From: Accumulibacter sp.
GTDB lineage: Bacteria; Pseudomonadota; Gammaproteobacteria; Burkholderiales; Rhodocyclaceae
NCBI GenBank assembly: GCA_031732795.1
Contig: JAVMKC010000075.1
Location: forward strand, 347 to 64,346
Direction: 5' to 3'
DNA: 64,000 nt
Shown: positions 50,320 through 58,773 of the stretch, piece by piece
Layout of the letters: the number at the start of each line of letters is the position of its first letter
Numbering within the stretch: position 1 is the first letter of the stretch
Notes under the pieces: generated by a model
Told to the model about the DNA's origin: nothing
Database searches by the model: none
The model's input: the letters and a program-made list of their open reading frames with translations, nothing else
Position numbers and translations under genes: made by a program

Positions 50320-51522
50320 TCAAACGACCGCGCAGTGCTCTCGCAGAAAACGCATGGCCTGACCGAGCGTATCGTCGGCGTCGTCGAGCAGATAGGTTTC
50401 AGCGTCGCTGAAGAATTCCTGCCACAAGACGTCCAGATCGTCCTGCATCGCCAACGGTGCGAAGTCGCGGATGAAGGCTCGCACCGGCTCGTTGCGCAAT
50501 CCGTCGGTACGGCTTTGCTGGATCAACGCGCGGGCGGCTTTCCGGCTCAAGGTCGGTTTGGGCGCCACGCCGACGGCCAGACAGACGAAAACGGTCAACA
50601 ACGCGCTGTCGTCGGTTTTGCCGCCGGTGACCTGACGCCATCTCGATGAGGTTGCCGCTTCCAGTGGTGCGCTGTCATCGATGTTGAAGTCGCGCAGGAA
50701 GTAAGCGGGGGCGAGATCGGTGTACAACCGGTCGAGCGGCTCGTTGCGGTCGAGCAGGCGCGGTATGTCGTGCTTTTCCAGGTGTCGCCATTCACGTTCG
50801 ACACTCGGCTGCGCGGAGGGGGAAAGGCCGGCGAGCAGAGTGTGCACCCGTTGCCGGCTTTTCGTCGATACGCTTTTGCCGTGCAAGTGTTTCAACAGAC
50901 CGAGAAATTCACTGCCGTTCGGTAGCAGCGGTACTGACTTGCCGCTCAAGGTGACCAGCAGCGCGCTGCGGAGTATCGTTTCGGCGCTGGCGCCGTCCAC
51001 GTCCCGTAGCGATAGTTTCGCCTGGGTGACGAAAAGTTGTGCCGTCTCGATCGCTGCTCGGTTCTCCTGCCGTTGCTTCAGAACATGCCGGTAATCGGCC
51101 AAGGTGCGTAACGACCAGTCGGCGAGGAATGCTTTTTGTGAGATGCGCGAGGTAACCGCGCCGAGTGTCGTGTCTTCCGGCAGCGCCCACAGGCTTTTGA
51201 GCATTTCGGAGCCACCCCGGGAGTGCGACAGCAGGGTGTGATCGCGCAGCGAGCACGCCGCGCGGTCGAGATCGCCGACGCTACTCTCCTCGAGGAACAG
51301 GCTGATCAGATTCACCAGCCGTTGGCGCGCCAATTCGATGTTCGGGCGGAGATAGGCGCTGCCGAAATGGTCGGCGATCTGGACGATGCCTTTGGGCGCG
51401 TCGTTGAAAAAGCGTTCGATCTGTTGCCGGTCGATCAATCCCTGCTGAACGCCATGACGCAACGCCCGTTCGAAAAAAGGGCGGTCGTCGAAAACGGTGA
51501 CCTGTTGCTCAGCCGGAGACAT
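50320..51522 (-). CDS. Conserved hypothetical protein, fourth gene of the J-domain operon (AtcC-like by position)
   Basis: 400 aa; coding-like composition; motifs FDDRPFFERAL, APKGIVQIADHFG...LRP, SHSRGGSEML; 27 nt after the preceding gene. Confidence 0.8.
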   Translation of the reverse strand: MSPAEQQVTVFDDRPFFERALRHGVQQGLIDRQQIERFFNDAPKGIVQIADHFGSAYLRPNIELARQRLVNLISLFLEESSVGDLDRAACSLRDHTLLSHSRGGSEMLKSLWALPEDTTLGAVTSRISQKAFLADWSLRTLADYRHVLKQRQENRAAIETAQLFVTQAKLSLRDVDGASAETILRSALLVTLSGKSVPLLPNGSEFLGLLKHLHGKSVSTKSRQRVHTLLAGLSPSAQPSVEREWRHLEKHDIPRLLDRNEPLDRLYTDLAPAYFLRDFNIDDSAPLEAATSSRWRQVTGGKTDDSALLTVFVCLAVGVAPKPTLSRKAARALIQQSRTDGLRNEPVRAFIRDFAPLAMQDDLDVLWQEFFSDAETYLLDDADDTLGQAMRFLREHCAVV

Positions 51523-51549
51523 GACGTGCCGGTGCCTGACGTTGCCGGC

Positions 51550-52308
51550 TCAGAGTGCCGATTCGTCTTCGGAGTCGAGCGGCCGCGCGGGCGGCTCGGC
51601 CGAGGGGATGGCCGCAGACAGTTCGATGCGCCCGGCGATCAGATCGTCGAGCAGTTGGCGACGTGCATCGGCGCTGACCCGCGCGCGCAGGATCAACAGC
51701 ACTTCGCGGAACAGTTCGGGAAACTGGCAACGCAACAGCCAAGTCACTTCCATCCAGTCGTGGTCACTGACTTCGCTGTGATTGAGGAACGGGCGATAGC
51801 CATCGGCATCGAATAGCGCTTCCAGGCGTTCGTCGTCGTCCATTTCCATCAATGCCTCGTCGCCTTCGCCAAAGAAGTCGAAAGTGCCGGTCCGGAAGAA
51901 ATGTTCGATATTTTCGACGCGTTCCCAAAGATAGTCGGCCAGTACGTCAGTGCCGCCGTCGACCTCGCCGATTGCCGCCAGAAACTCGCCGGGATCGGCA
52001 TCGGCTCTGAAAATCACTGAATTGATCATGCCGTGCAGCCGTTGATGGTTGTTTTCCCCGTAACGCCGCTCGAGAACGATGGCCCGGGCGAACTGTTCCG
52101 GCGATACCAGCAGATTGACCACCGACTCTTTCGATGAATCGTAGTCACGCAGCACCGCCAGCAAGTCCTTGGACGGAAATTCGTCGAGGGCGACGATCAG
52201 CGCCTGATCGCCCTCGCTTTCCACCAGCGAGACCAGTGCGGCTTCCGCACCGACGATATCGCCGGCGCGAACCAGTTTCTCGGCTTTGACGAGCGCAGGG
52301 TAAGTCAT
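51550..52308 (-). CDS. Conserved hypothetical acidic protein, third gene of the J-domain operon (AtcB-like by position)
   Basis: 252 aa; starts 3 nt after the upstream stop; motifs DLLAVLRDYDSSKESVVNLLVSPEQF, DHDWMEVTW.LR. Confidence 0.8.
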   Translation of the reverse strand: MTYPALVKAEKLVRAGDIVGAEAALVSLVESEGDQALIVALDEFPSKDLLAVLRDYDSSKESVVNLLVSPEQFARAIVLERRYGENNHQRLHGMINSVIFRADADPGEFLAAIGEVDGGTDVLADYLWERVENIEHFFRTGTFDFFGEGDEALMEMDDDERLEALFDADGYRPFLNHSEVSDHDWMEVTWLLRCQFPELFREVLLILRARVSADARRQLLDDLIAGRIELSAAIPSAEPPARPLDSEDESAL

Positions 52309-52311
52309 TGC

Positions 52312-52866
52312 CTAGGTTCCAAAGTAAGGGTCTTTTTTATCGAAACCTTGTTGTGAAAGCCAATCCTCACCGGCTTCCTCAAGGTCACGGTCATCGGCAT
52401 CGTCGTCGCGCTTTTCCTCTTCGTCATCACCACGGTGGTCATGGTTGGCTGGTGAGTCTGTCGGCCGTTCATCGCCGTCAGTTTTACCGCGCAGGTATTC
52501 CAGGCAGGCGGCGACGACCAGAAAATGATCGCCGAAAGGGTCCTGCAGGACGGTTTCGGCAAGCGTCGCCGCCCAGGGCTGCAAATGCACCGAGGCTTGC
52601 AGTTGTGACCAGGTCGGCAGATCCTCGGGATCGAGACCGGACAACTGATTGAAAATTTCCGGGCGCGGAAAATCCAGTCCGCCGTGGAAAGCGACGGCAA
52701 CCATCTCCGGGTTGCACTCGATCATCGGCAGCAGCAGGGGCACTTGCTTACGTTTGTCGCGCAAACGCTTGGCAAGAACATCCTGACCGGCGGAATCGGT
52801 CATCAAATCATCGAGTTCGGCTTCGTAAGCGGATTTCAACTCGGCAAAATACGGTGACAGCCTCAC
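52312..52866 (-). CDS. Conserved hypothetical protein, second gene of the J-domain operon (AtcA-like by position)
   Basis: 184 aa; GTGA overlap with the J-domain gene; very acidic tail ending AGEDWLSQQGFD. Confidence 0.8.
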   Translation of the reverse strand: MRLSPYFAELKSAYEAELDDLMTDSAGQDVLAKRLRDKRKQVPLLLPMIECNPEMVAVAFHGGLDFPRPEIFNQLSGLDPEDLPTWSQLQASVHLQPWAATLAETVLQDPFGDHFLVVAACLEYLRGKTDGDERPTDSPANHDHRGDDEEEKRDDDADDRDLEEAGEDWLSQQGFDKKDPYFGT

Positions 52867-53141
52867 TGCAGGACTCCTTCAAGATAATGTTGCCAGATTT
52901 CGCGCGCCGTTTGCAGCGGCTGGTCGAGCAGGTTACGGCGGCGGTTGTCGTCGTAGTCCTGTCGGCGTTGGCCGTCGCCCAGTGTCTCGTATGCTTCCTG
53001 TACCGCACGGAATTTATCGGCGGCGTCTGCTTCGGTATTCCGGTCCGGATGAAACTGCAGCGCCTTGCGGCGGTAAGCCTGTTTGATCTGATCGATGGTC
53101 GCGTCGCTGGCGATCCCCAATTCAGCGTAAAAATCCTTCAT
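52863..53141 (-). CDS. atcJ: Short J-domain co-chaperone with a C-terminal PX7W motif (AtcJ-like)
   Basis: 92 aa from ATG 53141; motifs DFYAELG, IKQAYRRKALQFHPDRN (HPD), FRAVQEAYETL; tail PLQTAREIW = P-X7-W. Confidence 0.8.
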   Translation of the reverse strand: MKDFYAELGIASDATIDQIKQAYRRKALQFHPDRNTEADAADKFRAVQEAYETLGDGQRRQDYDDNRRRNLLDQPLQTAREIWQHYLEGVLQ

Positions 53142-53527
53142 TGATGCTTTCGTAGACAGAAGTCGAACCGAAATCCTGGGGCGATGCGCACTACGATCCT
53201 GGGCCAATCACTGGCTGATGACGATTCCGGCGTATCGCAAAAATGACCCGAAACTGTTCGGCAGCCGATTCATGACCGATAAAACGAACGATTTTCCGTG
53301 CTGCTTGGCGTTTTACGATAACCGTGCATTTTCCGGCCGCGCATTTTAGCCTTTGCCCGGCAGGAAAGGTCAAATTTGCCCTTGATTTCAGCTTGGAAAC
53401 GGTCTTGTCATAACATCTTGGGGCGTCTATAGTCCCACCAGTACGGCGGATGCGACGCAAGCGGAGATGAGGGGGCTGTGCAGTTGCACCGTAGACCAAT
53501 GCCGTGCGGCCCAGAGGCAAATGTGTG

Positions 53528-54661
53528 ATGCAGATCATTCAAAAAACGTGGCATGAACGATCGGGATGGGCTGGCCAACATTCGCCGATCGACAATCCCC
53601 AGTTAGTGCTGATTTTTGGCGCCACCGCCATTTTGCGTGAGCCGATGATATTGGCGTCTATTCGTGCCGATTTCCCAGGAGCGCTGATTTTCGGCTGTTC
53701 GACCGCCGGTGAAATCCACGGCACGCGGGTAAGTGACGGTAGTCTGACATTGACGGCGGTCCGTTTCGAAAAAACCCGTTTGCGTTTGGCGAGTATCCCG
53801 GTGATGGCGGCGCATGAAAGTGTCTTGGCTGGACGTGAATTGGCCGCTCAGCTTGCTGCGCCTGACCTGGTGCACCTGTTGGTCCTTTCCGATGGTTTGG
53901 GAGTCAATGGCAGTGAGTTGGTGCGTGGCTTGCGTGATTCCCTGCCCAAAAAGATCAGCGTGACGGGGGGGTTGGCCGCCGACGGGAACCGATTCGAAAC
54001 AACACTGGTCTGTGCTGATCATGTTCCTCGAACAGGTTGTGTGGCGGCACTGGGCTTTTATGGTGACGCTCTGGTCGTGGGCCATGGCTCGTTAGGTGGT
54101 TGGGATGCCTTCGGGCCGCTGCGGCGGGTGACACGTTCGCAAGGGAATATGCTTTACGAGTTGGACGGACAATCTGCGTTGTGTCTTTATAAGCAGTATC
54201 TCGGGGCATACGCGGCCGATCTGCCGGCTTCTGCGCTGCTTTTTCCCCTGGAAATGGATCTGGAATCCGGAGAGTACGGCCTGGTGCGGACGGTGGTAAA
54301 CGTCAATGAAACCGAACGAAGCATGACTTTCGCTGGGGACATTCCGCTAGGTGCGACCGTCCGCCTGATGAAGGCCAATTTTGACCGGCTGATCGGGGGG
54401 GCTGAAGATGCAGCTAACGCCAGTAAGCGTTTCTTCCGAAACATGCCGGTAGAATTGGCGTTGCTGATCAGTTGTTTCGGTCGCAAATTGGTCCTCAAAC
54501 AACGCATTGAGGAGGAGCTTGAAGCGGCCTGCGCGGTTCTCGGCGAACAGACGGTAATGACCGGGTTTTATTCGTACGGCGAAATTTCACCTTTTGTACC
54601 TCATGGGCGCTGCGAGTTGCATAATCAGACCATGACGATCACCACTTTTGCCGAACGCTGA
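53528..54661 (+). CDS. FIST N/C domain signal protein (NosP-like)
   Basis: Motifs FGCSTAGEI, VLSDGLGVNGSELV, GGLAADG..F, GSLGGW..FG..R.VTRS.GN.LYELDG, ISCFGRK, GFYSYGEISP, CELHNQTMTIT. Confidence 0.92.
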   Translation: MQIIQKTWHERSGWAGQHSPIDNPQLVLIFGATAILREPMILASIRADFPGALIFGCSTAGEIHGTRVSDGSLTLTAVRFEKTRLRLASIPVMAAHESVLAGRELAAQLAAPDLVHLLVLSDGLGVNGSELVRGLRDSLPKKISVTGGLAADGNRFETTLVCADHVPRTGCVAALGFYGDALVVGHGSLGGWDAFGPLRRVTRSQGNMLYELDGQSALCLYKQYLGAYAADLPASALLFPLEMDLESGEYGLVRTVVNVNETERSMTFAGDIPLGATVRLMKANFDRLIGGAEDAANASKRFFRNMPVELALLISCFGRKLVLKQRIEEELEAACAVLGEQTVMTGFYSYGEISPFVPHGRCELHNQTMTITTFAER

Positions 54662-54662
54662 C

Positions 54663-55952
54663 ATGCATCCGCTACTGAACCGGCAAATTCGGCGCACGCT
54701 GGGTGAATTGACCGACATTCCCGAGGATTGGCGACGCCTCCTCGAGTTGGTCGATGCTGCCTATTGCGAAAGTGACGAAGATCGACGGCAGCTCGAGCGG
54801 ATGGTCGAATTGTCCTCCAGCGAACTGAATCGGCAAAATGCGACGTTGAAACACGAGGTTGACGAGCGGCAGCAGGCCGAAACCCAATTACGCGAGAGTT
54901 ATAAGCGGCTGGCGGTATGGGCGCGGCACCTTGAAACGCATAACCAGCAGATGGCGTTGCTGAACAAATTGGGCGACATGCTGCAAGCCTGTCAGCATGT
55001 CGCTGAAACCCATCGCATTTTGTCAGAGTTGCTGGCCCAGCTCTTTCCCGATGATGCCGGCAGTCTCGCCCTGCTGGGGGATCCCGAAAATTTTTATGAG
55101 GTGGTTGCCGACTGGGGTGATGGCGTCGAACGTAGACGGCAGTTCCATGCCAACGAATGCTGGGCATTGCGTCGAGGACACGCGCATCAGACGGTTCCCG
55201 GCGAAGGCGAAGCCTCTCGTTGCGCCCATTTGTTGCAAGCCCCCCCCGGAGGTTACCTTTGCGTGCCGTTGATTGCCCAAGGTCGAATGCCAGGTGTGCT
55301 GACCTTGCAGCAAGGCCAGTTCGAGAACGAGGAAGTTGACCCGGAAGATCATCTGGGATTGCTGGAAGCGCGCCGACAACTGGTGCACATGACTTCTGAG
55401 AACATCGGTTTGGCGATCGTCAATTTGCGCCTCCGTGAATCGCTGCGTACGCAGTCACTGCGTGATCCGCTGACCGGGCTGTATAACCGGCGGCATATGG
55501 ACGACTTCATGGCCCGCGAATGTCGTCGGGCGCAACGGCAGCATCGTTCGGTCTCGTTCATGATGGTCGATGTCGACCATTTCAAGCGTTTCAACGATAA
55601 ACACGGTCACCAGGCGGGCGACGCGTTGCTTGCCGGGCTGGCGCAAGCCCTGCAACAACGCTTGCGGGGGGATGACATCGCCTGCCGCTATGGTGGTGAA
55701 GAGTTCATCGTCATCTTGCCGGGAGCGTCATTGGGAAACGTCGTGCAACGTGCCGAATCTTTACGTCGACTCGTAGCGGATGACTTGCGCATCATCTATG
55801 ACGGTGAGGAGCTTCCCGGAGTGACCCTGTCGATCGGCGTATCCACTTTCCCAGAACACGGGCTCAGCGGCGAACAGTGTATTCGCGCTGCAGACGATGC
55901 GTTATATCGCGCCAAGTTGGCTGGCAGAGACCGGGTCGTCGAAGCCGAGTAG
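54663..55952 (+). CDS. Diguanylate cyclase with N-terminal coiled coil and GAF-like domain
   Basis: ATG 2 nt after the FIST stop; starts MHPLLNRQIRR; motifs CWALRRG, RDPLTGLYNRR, DVDHFKRFNDKHGH..GD, I-site RGDD, active site GGEEF. Confidence 0.92.
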   Translation: MHPLLNRQIRRTLGELTDIPEDWRRLLELVDAAYCESDEDRRQLERMVELSSSELNRQNATLKHEVDERQQAETQLRESYKRLAVWARHLETHNQQMALLNKLGDMLQACQHVAETHRILSELLAQLFPDDAGSLALLGDPENFYEVVADWGDGVERRRQFHANECWALRRGHAHQTVPGEGEASRCAHLLQAPPGGYLCVPLIAQGRMPGVLTLQQGQFENEEVDPEDHLGLLEARRQLVHMTSENIGLAIVNLRLRESLRTQSLRDPLTGLYNRRHMDDFMARECRRAQRQHRSVSFMMVDVDHFKRFNDKHGHQAGDALLAGLAQALQQRLRGDDIACRYGGEEFIVILPGASLGNVVQRAESLRRLVADDLRIIYDGEELPGVTLSIGVSTFPEHGLSGEQCIRAADDALYRAKLAGRDRVVEAE

Positions 55953-55997
55953 CCGACGTGTACGTTTTCCAAGCACGGTACCAGACGTTACGGCGGC

Positions 55998-56636
55998 ATG
56001 CCATTCAATTCCTCTGACCGCAAGACTCTTCGCGCTGTAAAAGGTGTCGGGGATGTCGTGATTACGCGGCTTGAGCAGCTCGGTTACTCGTCGCTAAACG
56101 AGTTGGCTCAGGCCGGAGTGGATCATATTCTTGCTCGAGGGGCTGCTCTGACCGGGTCCTCCTGCTGGAAAAATAGTCCTCAAGCACGCGCCGCCATTGC
56201 CGGTGCAATTGCTGTCGCCAGGAGCCTGTCGGACTTGAGCGATCGTAACGAACTGCGAGGGACAACGATGATCGTTGTTCCTGATTTCGATGCGCATGGC
56301 GAGCCTATGCAACGAGAGCAACAGCCAAAGCACAAGGCAGTGAGTTCATCTGTGGGGATTTCCGAACTGCCAGGTTTGGGCGCCAAGTCGGCCCATATGC
56401 TTGCGGCGGCTGGAATAACGTCTGTTGATCGTTTGCGTTACAAAGGTGCTGTTGGCGCATTTCTCGCGGTCAAGAATAGTGGTCAGCGTCCGAGCCTCAA
56501 TTTATTGTGGGCACTGGAAGGGGCGTTGACAGGCGTACCATGGCAAGAAGTTTCACGCCAGCACAGAACGAGTCTGCTGTTGGGGTTGGAGAAAGCGGAA
56601 ACCGAACTTCTTGTCGTTGCACGCGACCCGCGATAG
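55998..56636 (+). CDS. In-frame fusion of a small helix-hairpin-helix protein with a TfoX/Sxy C-terminal domain
   Basis: N-half LRAVKGVGDVVITRLEQLG...CWKNSPQARAAI; C-half ELPGLGAKS..ML..AGI...SLNLLWALEGAL..W; internal SD GAGGGA plus in-frame ATG at 56268. Confidence 0.8.
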   Translation: MPFNSSDRKTLRAVKGVGDVVITRLEQLGYSSLNELAQAGVDHILARGAALTGSSCWKNSPQARAAIAGAIAVARSLSDLSDRNELRGTTMIVVPDFDAHGEPMQREQQPKHKAVSSSVGISELPGLGAKSAHMLAAAGITSVDRLRYKGAVGAFLAVKNSGQRPSLNLLWALEGALTGVPWQEVSRQHRTSLLLGLEKAETELLVVARDPR

Positions 56637-56895
56637 TTGAGGTGACACTCGAGTCTACCGTGCTGTCTGGTCAGCGCGCTCAGGCCCAGCGGCCCGATCA
56701 CTTCCACCACAAAACGCATCAGGCGATTTGCCGGCAACCATTCGATTCGTTTACCGGCGGGGCAGCAGTCGCTCGGTGTTTCGGTCAACAACAACGAGGC
56801 AGCTCAGCGGTGGGGGCAAGCAACGGCTGGACAGTGCGCGCATTGTCCGGGCTGTCTCGTCCTGGGGGAAGGTTCGAAAGTCAGGCAGCTCCCAG
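56218..56895 (-). mobile_element. Degenerate IS1182-like element with imperfect terminal inverted repeats, enclosing the TfoX-C coding region
   Basis: Left end CCAGGAGCCTGTCGGACTT (56218-56236); right end AAGTCAGGCAGCTCCCAG (56878-56895), whose reverse complement matches 14 of 19 positions with one gap; transposase 5' fragment inside. Confidence 0.55.
56657..56792 (-). pseudogene. IS1182-family transposase N-terminal fragment, frameshifted
   Basis: VVDRNTERLLP then, after a frameshift, IEWLPANRLMRFVVEVIGPLGLSALTRQHG; matches the recalled IS1182 N-terminus VDR.T.YLLPPS..EWLP..HLARFVVEVI..LDLS.LTRQY.G. Confidence 0.75.
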
Positions 56896-57091
56896 AATAT
56901 CAATTGGATAAGTGAGATGGCGAGCGCATTGGCGGTACGCAGGCCATCGATTGGTCGGCAGGATCATTTGTTCGCCGTTACCCCAAAAATAACTTTACAC
57001 GTTGGGAACGAGTTGCTAGGATCAAACGGGATGCAAGTGAATATGCTAATTAAAAAATAGACAATGGTTGTCTTTCGCGAGGGGTAGCGAT

Positions 57092-58171
57092 TTGCGGTTT
57101 GATTTTTCGATCTTTAATCCCAAAGCGCGATCACTGATCGGTCTCGATATCAGTTCCTCATCGGTCAAGATGGTCGAACTGTCCCTGGATGGTAAAGGAG
57201 GATATCGGGTCGAACGATACGCGATCGAAGTTTTGGCGCGCGACATCGTATCAGATGGCAACATTGTCAATCTCGAAGGTGCCGCTGAGGCGGTGCGTCG
57301 GGCTTGGAAAAAGATGGCTACGTCAACCCGTCTGGTGGCGATCGCTTTGCCGGCTTCACACGTCATCACTAAAAAAATAATTGTCGCCGCGGGGCAACGC
57401 GAGGAGGATCTCGAAGTCCTGGTCGAATCCGAAGCCAACCAGTACATTCCGTTCCCTTTAGAAGAAGTGAATCTGGATTTTCAGGTCATCGGACCTGCAC
57501 CTTCCTCATCTGACGAAATTGAAGTCCTGATCGCCGCCTCACGGAAAGAGAAGGTCGAAGACCGTGTGGCTGTGGCCGAATCGGCCGGATTGAAGCCGGT
57601 GGTTCTTGATGTCGAATCGTATGCGGTATTGGCTGCGTTCGAACTGATCGAGCAACAACTCCCTGAGGGTGCTGAGAACCGGATTGTCGCGCTGGTCGAT
57701 ATCGGAGCCAATGTGATGAATTTGACTGTCCTGCGTAATGGGCAGCAACTTTATACTCGCGAACAGGCTTTCGGTGGCAATCAACTGACTCAAGATATCT
57801 CACGTTTTTTCGGAATGAGTTTCGAGGAGGCAGAGGCGGAAAAGCGCCGCAACAATTTGCCAGATAAATACGAGTCCGAACTTCTCAAGCCCTTTTTGGA
57901 GTCACTGTCACTCGAATTGTCGCGAGCGTTGCAGTTCTTTTTCACATCCACACAATTCAATCACATCGACCATATCGTTTTGTCCGGTGGTTGTGCCATT
58001 CTTCCCGGCGTAGATGAGGTGGTGGCTTCGCGGACACAGATCAATACGATCATCGCTAATCCTTTCAACGGCATGTTTCTCTCCGAGCGTGTTCGCAGCA
58101 AGACTCTGCAGACCGACGCGTCCTCATTGATGGCGGCATGTGGCTTGGCGCTACGGAGGTTTGACGCATGA
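57092..58171 (+). CDS. pilM: Type IV pilus assembly protein PilM
   Basis: Motifs IGLDISSSSVKMVEL, EANQYIPFPLEEVNLDF, LVDIGA, LSGGCA, CGLALRRF; TTG start after GAGGGG (alternative 57068). Confidence 0.95.
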   Translation: MRFDFSIFNPKARSLIGLDISSSSVKMVELSLDGKGGYRVERYAIEVLARDIVSDGNIVNLEGAAEAVRRAWKKMATSTRLVAIALPASHVITKKIIVAAGQREEDLEVLVESEANQYIPFPLEEVNLDFQVIGPAPSSSDEIEVLIAASRKEKVEDRVAVAESAGLKPVVLDVESYAVLAAFELIEQQLPEGAENRIVALVDIGANVMNLTVLRNGQQLYTREQAFGGNQLTQDISRFFGMSFEEAEAEKRRNNLPDKYESELLKPFLESLSLELSRALQFFFTSTQFNHIDHIVLSGGCAILPGVDEVVASRTQINTIIANPFNGMFLSERVRSKTLQTDASSLMAACGLALRRFDA

Positions 58172-58773
58172 TTCGAATCAACCTGTTGCCTCACCGTGAA
58201 GAAAAACGACGGATCAGGCGACAGCAATTTTACGCACTGCTGGGTTTTATCACACTGTTCTCGGTGTTGGTTATTTTTGTCGTCTATTCAGTAATCTCCA
58301 GTTATATTTCGACCCAAGAGGCCAAGAACGATTTTCTGAAACGGGAAATTGCTGTTCTTGACAAGCAGATCGATCAGATCAAAAAACTAAAAGAACAAAG
58401 CGAAGCGTTGATGGATCGTAAACGGGTGATCGAATCTTTGCAGCGAGACCGTGCGGAAGCCGTACGCTTACTGAGTGAATTGACCAAACAGATGCCCGAA
58501 GGCGTGTATATCCGCTCCTTGAAACAGGAAGGACAGCGAATCAATCTTGTTGGTTACGCCCAGTCGAGTGCTCGGGTGTCGACCCTGATGCGTAATCTGG
58601 AAGCATCGCCTTGGCTTGAAAAACCCGAGTTGCTGGAAATCAAAGCGGTGGTGGTCGATAAACGTCGTCTCAATGAGTTCGGCATGAATGCTTTACTCAA
58701 ACGCATTTCTCCCAACTCAGCAACATCCGCTCCGGTCAGTAAACCTTTGAGTGCTGGAAAGGGTGCGCCGTGA
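58168..58773 (+). CDS. pilN: Type IV pilus assembly protein PilN
   Basis: Motifs MIRINLLPHREEKR, GYAQSSARVSTLMRNLE.SPW. Confidence 0.94.
   Translation: MIRINLLPHREEKRRIRRQQFYALLGFITLFSVLVIFVVYSVISSYISTQEAKNDFLKREIAVLDKQIDQIKKLKEQSEALMDRKRVIESLQRDRAEAVRLLSELTKQMPEGVYIRSLKQEGQRINLVGYAQSSARVSTLMRNLEASPWLEKPELLEIKAVVVDKRRLNEFGMNALLKRISPNSATSAPVSKPLSAGKGAP

Noticed and set aside
56930-56985. Minus-strand MILPTNRWPAY as a possible relic of the mrcA start
   Set aside because: Too short and too weak to distinguish from chance.
57003-57016. TGGGAACGAGTTGC as a sigma54 promoter for pilM
   Set aside because: The GG-GC spacing is one base short, and sigma54 does not tolerate that.
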